NCBI GenBank assembly: GCA_030295235.1
Contig: AP026123.1
Coordinates: 186,001-250,000, forward strand
Origin: Fistulifera solaris
Lineage: Eukaryota
Length of the DNA: 64,000 nucleotides
Direction of reading: 5' to 3'
Program-made: the position numbers and the translations under genes
Notes under the pieces: model-generated
Told to the model about the DNA's origin: nothing
Databases searched by the model: none
The model's input: only the letters and a program-made list of their open reading frames with translations
Part shown: piece by piece, positions 59,583 to 64,000 of the stretch
How positions within the stretch are numbered: the first letter of the stretch is position 1
Layout: each line of letters begins with the position of its first letter

Positions 59583-61237
59583 ATGTCAAACCTCAAGATG
59601 CTACGGGCAGCGTCAATTCACATCATCCTTCTCGCATGGGCACTGAATAGTGTATCGGCATTTGCCTCGCCGTCGGCAGGACGATCGGTGGCGCGTCCAA
59701 CACGCAGCACACTGCCATCGTACCATCGCAGTATCATTCCCAAGCATACAACTTCTTCTTCGGTCCGCATGGCACTAACGTTCCCCCGAGGAGGAGGAAT
59801 AGTTGCGAATGCTGCTTCATCACCGCAATCGTTGTTCAATTTCACGTTACTCTCTCTGGCTCTCACTACCATATTCGTAAAAGTGCTTCAAAAGCTACGG
59901 CGCCAACGATTGCGGAACAAGGTCGAGTCAACAAACCTGCTTCCATCCGTGCTTTGCAGACAAAATTCTTGCCCGTTTTTTGGCTGTTGCGTTGCGCCGA
60001 TTGGCTTCAAGGACCGTATTTTTATGAAGGTACGTCCATTTCGTTGTAATATTGAATCTAGTTGACCTTTCGTCATCTTTAGCTTACCAACTGTTGTTCT
60101 CTTCCAGTGTACGCTTCTAAAGTATTCAATGGTGTCCAGGCTTCGATGAGCTTGGTCAGTCGTTTGTTCTTGACGGGGTTCGCTTCGACCGCCGTGTTTG
60201 GACCGTCCGTGGGACGTGCTGCGGATCAGTACGGGCGGAAAAAGGCCACTCTTGCTTTTTCTCTCATATATGCGGCCGGAGCCTTGTCGACAAAAAGTCC
60301 TTTCTTGGCCGTACTGTTCTTGGGGCGAGTCTTGTCCGGTATCGGTACTAGCTTATTGTTCAGTGCTCCGGAATCATGGCTTGTAGGCGAGGCACAAAAA
60401 AGCGGCGATGATCCCGATGGCAAATATTTGGGAGAAACATTTGGACTGGCGTATGCGGGGGATTCGATCGTGGCCATCTTGGCGGGGCAAATGGCGGGTA
60501 TGGCGGCACTACGTCGCGGTTCGACTGGACCGTTTGAACTGTCAACAGCGATCCTTCTCACGGGTGGTTTATTGACGAGTCTTTTATGGAAAGAAAACGC
60601 CGCATCCAGGACGGACAAGTCGGAATCGAACACTATTCGAGATGCGGTTCAAGTGGTCAAGAAAGACCCCAAGATCATGTTGGTGGGAATTGTTCAATCT
60701 CTCTTTGAAGCGGCCATGTACATTTTCGTATTGCAATGGCCGCCCGCCATGGCAAAAGCAATCTCTTTGGCGTATGGACAAGCTGCGGTACCGTACGGGG
60801 CCATCTTTTCTTGTTTCATGGCTTGTTGTTTACTAGGGTCTACCCTCTTTGGTCAACTGGCCAAGATGGGTGTCACTACCGAATCGTTCACGCTCGGCAT
60901 GCTGTCCATCGCCACCATCGCCATGTCCAGTGCAACTTGGATTACATCTTCCGGCGCATCGGCCGCGCTTACGGGACTCATGGCGGCCTTCTTTGCTTTT
61001 GAGGCTTGCGTCGGCATGTACTTTCCCTCCATTGGGACACTGCGCAGCAAATACGTACCGGACTCGCATCGCTCGGTGATTATGAACCTGTTTGGCATTC
61101 CGCTCAATGTACTAGTAGTGAGTGTCTTTTTATCCATTCAAAAATTGGGTGTAACGGGTGCTTTGTCTATTTCGTCGGGAGCGCTTGGGTTGGCAACACT
61201 CGCCATGTTTCAGCTGAACCGCACAATTCGCAAGTAA
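59583..61237 (+). CDS. MFSD5: MFS molybdate-anion transporter-like (MFSD5/MOT2) with bipartite leader; missing A at ~59890-59893; intron 60030-60107
   Basis: Corrected ADWLQGPYFYEVY, GRVLSGIGTSLLFSAPESW, QSLFEAAMYIFVLQW, FEACVGMYFPSIGTLRSKYVP..R..IMNLF; leader VSA-FASP. Confidence 0.9.
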
Positions 61238-61412
61238 ACGTCTCTTTCTTTTGCTATCATTTATTGAGTACCTCGCTATGAACGAAGCATGTGGCTAGCG
61301 TATAATTTGCAAATAATATTATAATTGGATTGTGCATTATTGGTTTGATACATGTGCCTTCCTTCACTACATACCATTTTAGCAAAGATGACTCCTTAGC
61401 GACTAGAATTCA

Positions 61413-62387
61413 TCAATCTGGCTGCGTCCTTTCCAATACATTTTTGGAAAAACGAAACAGAGAAAATGACAGTGACGAAGCGATAGTAGTCTTGAGGACC
61501 GACGGCACGACACCTCGATAAAAGCTGCAAAACCCCTCTTCTCTCGCAATTCGTGTCACACAATCCATCATACCTTTATAAGGCGAAACGATGTCACCAC
61601 TGTAAAAGGCTTGATGCTGCAGTCTCCTCTTGACGGTATCCACTGGGTAAATCAGCAGTTTACTCATGGCCCCCGCAATGGATCCAGCATAAGCCGACAA
61701 CCCGACGCTTTTGTCTCCACGAGTGAGTGTATCATAAATGCCAAAGTTAAGACCCATGTAGGGAATGATTTGTACGACCGCCGGGTTCACTCCCGCATAA
61801 AATCCTCGAATCCCTTTTTGTTGATACAACTGTACGACGAATTGGCGCAGTGTTTTGGGCGGCAAATTGACGGGGGGACCGAAATGTGGTTCCGCCATGG
61901 AACCAAAGGGTAGTGATTGCACTTGTGGAACGATACCTCGGGCCGCAAAGGTCGTTCGACAAACATCAAAGGGATAGGTTGCCAATGTGGCAAAAGTCCC
62001 CGCTACCGCACCCGATACAAACGCCGAAGCTGTGGATGACAAAACACTTTGAACCTGTTCTTTGGTACGCCCGTAAACAGAGAATTGCACGGCCGCGTAA
62101 CCAATCCACAAATACACGGCCGCTAAATTGCCCCGAAACAATGCTGAAATTCCTCCTTCATTTTGTACAATATTGACCCAAGACTGCCACAAACTCTCAC
62201 TCGGGTACAATGTGGCGGGCGTTAATTGTCGTCGAATGCGAATGAGATCGAGAGGAGCCGTGGCCATGCGAGAACCGGCTCCGGCGACACCTCCGGCTAC
62301 CGCATTGTGCCAGGACGGATGAGAAAGAGTTGTCTTGTCTTTCTTATCATCATCATCGGCGTCGACGCTGTTGTTGTTGTGACTCAT
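61413..62387 (-). CDS. TPC1: Mitochondrial carrier, thiamine pyrophosphate carrier-like
   Basis: Three PxD..K/R.R motifs (PLDLIRIR, PFDVCRTT, PVDTVKRR); LFRGN..YAAVQF and QIIPYMGLNF resemble SLC25A19/TPC1. Confidence 0.82.
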   Translation of the reverse strand: MSHNNNSVDADDDDKKDKTTLSHPSWHNAVAGGVAGAGSRMATAPLDLIRIRRQLTPATLYPSESLWQSWVNIVQNEGGISALFRGNLAAVYLWIGYAAVQFSVYGRTKEQVQSVLSSTASAFVSGAVAGTFATLATYPFDVCRTTFAARGIVPQVQSLPFGSMAEPHFGPPVNLPPKTLRQFVVQLYQQKGIRGFYAGVNPAVVQIIPYMGLNFGIYDTLTRGDKSVGLSAYAGSIAGAMSKLLIYPVDTVKRRLQHQAFYSGDIVSPYKGMMDCVTRIAREEGFCSFYRGVVPSVLKTTIASSLSFSLFRFSKNVLERTQPD

Positions 62388-63076
62388 GAGAAATCAAGCT
62401 TATGATATCAAATCAGTCCTTCTTTCTCTTGACGTTCGAACAGCAAGTCGGGAGCAGTATTGCCAAGGCGATCCCAATGGAAACAGCAACGATGAGCGCT
62501 CGTTCTATTCGTGGCTCGGTTTCGTCATTCTCATTATCAGCATCCAAATTCAACTCTTTGCTCCTTTCCATGTATCACGTGCTCATTCAACCAACATTCA
62601 GTCTTTTTTTTATATAATGAAGGGAATGATAAATACATTTGACGAATGAATAACAGAAACGCCAGTTTTCCACTTGTAACCTTGCGGATAGAACCAACAA
62701 GCCGTTCATGACTGAAATGCAGTCGTGGTTAAGTCGATACATCACTTTTGGGCGCGTATGGCGTATACTTGTACCTTTTCGACATCATTCATCCGTCAAT
62801 ACGCAATACGGGCATTAAAAATGCTAAGGAAGAGCTTTTCATTGATAATAAGATCAAGTTAGGCCATCAAGCTTCTAAACCGAGAGAAAGTGAGGTAGCA
62901 ATCTTGCTTCGATCATTTTGGTAAAAGGTCGCGTAAGCCGTACTACGAATTATCTACCAGGTACTGTACCTGTACTGGTAGCATTGAGCATTGAGAGGAT
63001 CATTCATTATTTATTTAGGTTGACCGTTGACACGCTAATACAAGAACCATCACAACTCATTGCCACGAGAAAAGGA

Positions 63077-63916
63077 ATGCAAAACGAACGGACATGGCAA
63101 TTCTGGGATGACTACTACACATCGCAAGAGAAGGATGCCCAAGAATGGATTGTAGAACCAACGATCGATCTTTTGGAGAAATTGTCAGAGCATTTGCCTC
63201 GGCACAATCGCACCATTCATATACTCGAGATTGGATGCGGTATATCTACTTCGGCGAGAGACTTTTATAGCTATTTGTTGAAGAAAAACATTGATGCAAA
63301 TGTCATTGCGACCGACATTAGTCCAGTGTGTATTGCATTGAATCAACAACGTGATGACTTGACACCAACCGAACACCGCTTCGAATATCGAACTCTAAAT
63401 GTTGCGGAACAGCATCCTGATCTCAACGAGTCTTTTGATATTATTCTCGATAAGGGATGCTTGGATACCTTTGCGTTTCGCAGTAAACAACGGGGTCAAA
63501 ATCAACCGTACGCTTTATTGATTCGGACGGTACTCGACAACATTCATTCGTGGCTTCAACCCGATGGAGTTTACTGGGTCCTTACACCACGGCGAAAGTT
63601 TCGTTCGGTACGGGATTTTCGAGGATTTGAGACTGTGCACCGTGTCGAACTGACCACGATCCCACGAGGCGAGTTGGTATCCACACAGCAGCATACGTAC
63701 CTCCACGTGTGCCAGAAAAATCAACAGTATCTTCCAAATACAGACGATCATGCCTTTTGCAAGGGACACGAAGAAACCATAGATGACGACAGCTCTTGTC
63801 CGAAGTGTCACAAAACATTTTATGAGTTTCGTAAAGGAGAGCCCATGGATGGTCAGGGGAAATCTGTTTGGTGGCGACGATGGAGAGGCCACTGTCGGCA
63901 TTGCAAGCGGAAGTAA
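63077..63916 (+). CDS. SAM-dependent methyltransferase (EEF1A lysine methyltransferase/METTL13-like)
   Basis: FWDDYY..EW, ILEIGCG, TDIS, FDIILDKGCLD; C-terminal CxxC...HCxxC. Confidence 0.85.
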   Translation: MQNERTWQFWDDYYTSQEKDAQEWIVEPTIDLLEKLSEHLPRHNRTIHILEIGCGISTSARDFYSYLLKKNIDANVIATDISPVCIALNQQRDDLTPTEHRFEYRTLNVAEQHPDLNESFDIILDKGCLDTFAFRSKQRGQNQPYALLIRTVLDNIHSWLQPDGVYWVLTPRRKFRSVRDFRGFETVHRVELTTIPRGELVSTQQHTYLHVCQKNQQYLPNTDDHAFCKGHEETIDDDSSCPKCHKTFYEFRKGEPMDGQGKSVWWRRWRGHCRHCKRK

Positions 63917-64000
63917 GACCCTGTATTATTTTAACTTGCAATTTGCGATCAGACGGACATAACATATAAAGCGTGAAATCTTTTTCTTTATAAATTTTGA

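Overview
Gene-dense eukaryotic nuclear DNA, most consistent with a compact raphid pennate diatom genome. The evidence is short 60-90 nt GT-AG introns and many bipartite signal peptide + 'ASAF'-type plastid leaders; a Fistulifera-like source is only an inference. The window holds about 29 protein genes: long-chain acyl-CoA synthetase, UTP25, a SUMO-like+BTB protein, pseudouridine synthase, RPL11, a PPR protein, a HIG1 protein, ZCCHC9, citramalate/isopropylmalate synthase, RsmH, a CK1-like kinase-FHA, PyrB, two 2OG-Fe(II) oxygenases, an ankyrin protein, BCAT, an MFSD5-like transporter, a TPP carrier, a methyltransferase and several hypotheticals. There is one tRNA-Leu(TAA) and several intergenic repeat families. 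Many genes are split by single-base indels in homopolymer runs, most likely assembly errors, so several listed ORFs are fragments of one gene. Most notable: (1) a ~2,200-aa protein with apparent UIM-GAT-ARM-LRR-CHAT (caspase-like protease)-STAND NTPase architecture; (2) a phage-type NUMOD4-HNH endonuclease gene lying tail-to-tail with the tRNA; (3) a recurrent 22-bp hairpin motif upstream of genes that also sits inside a 230-bp satellite; (4) a dispersed 2x214-bp repeat family. All domain calls are by-eye motif recognition, not database searches.
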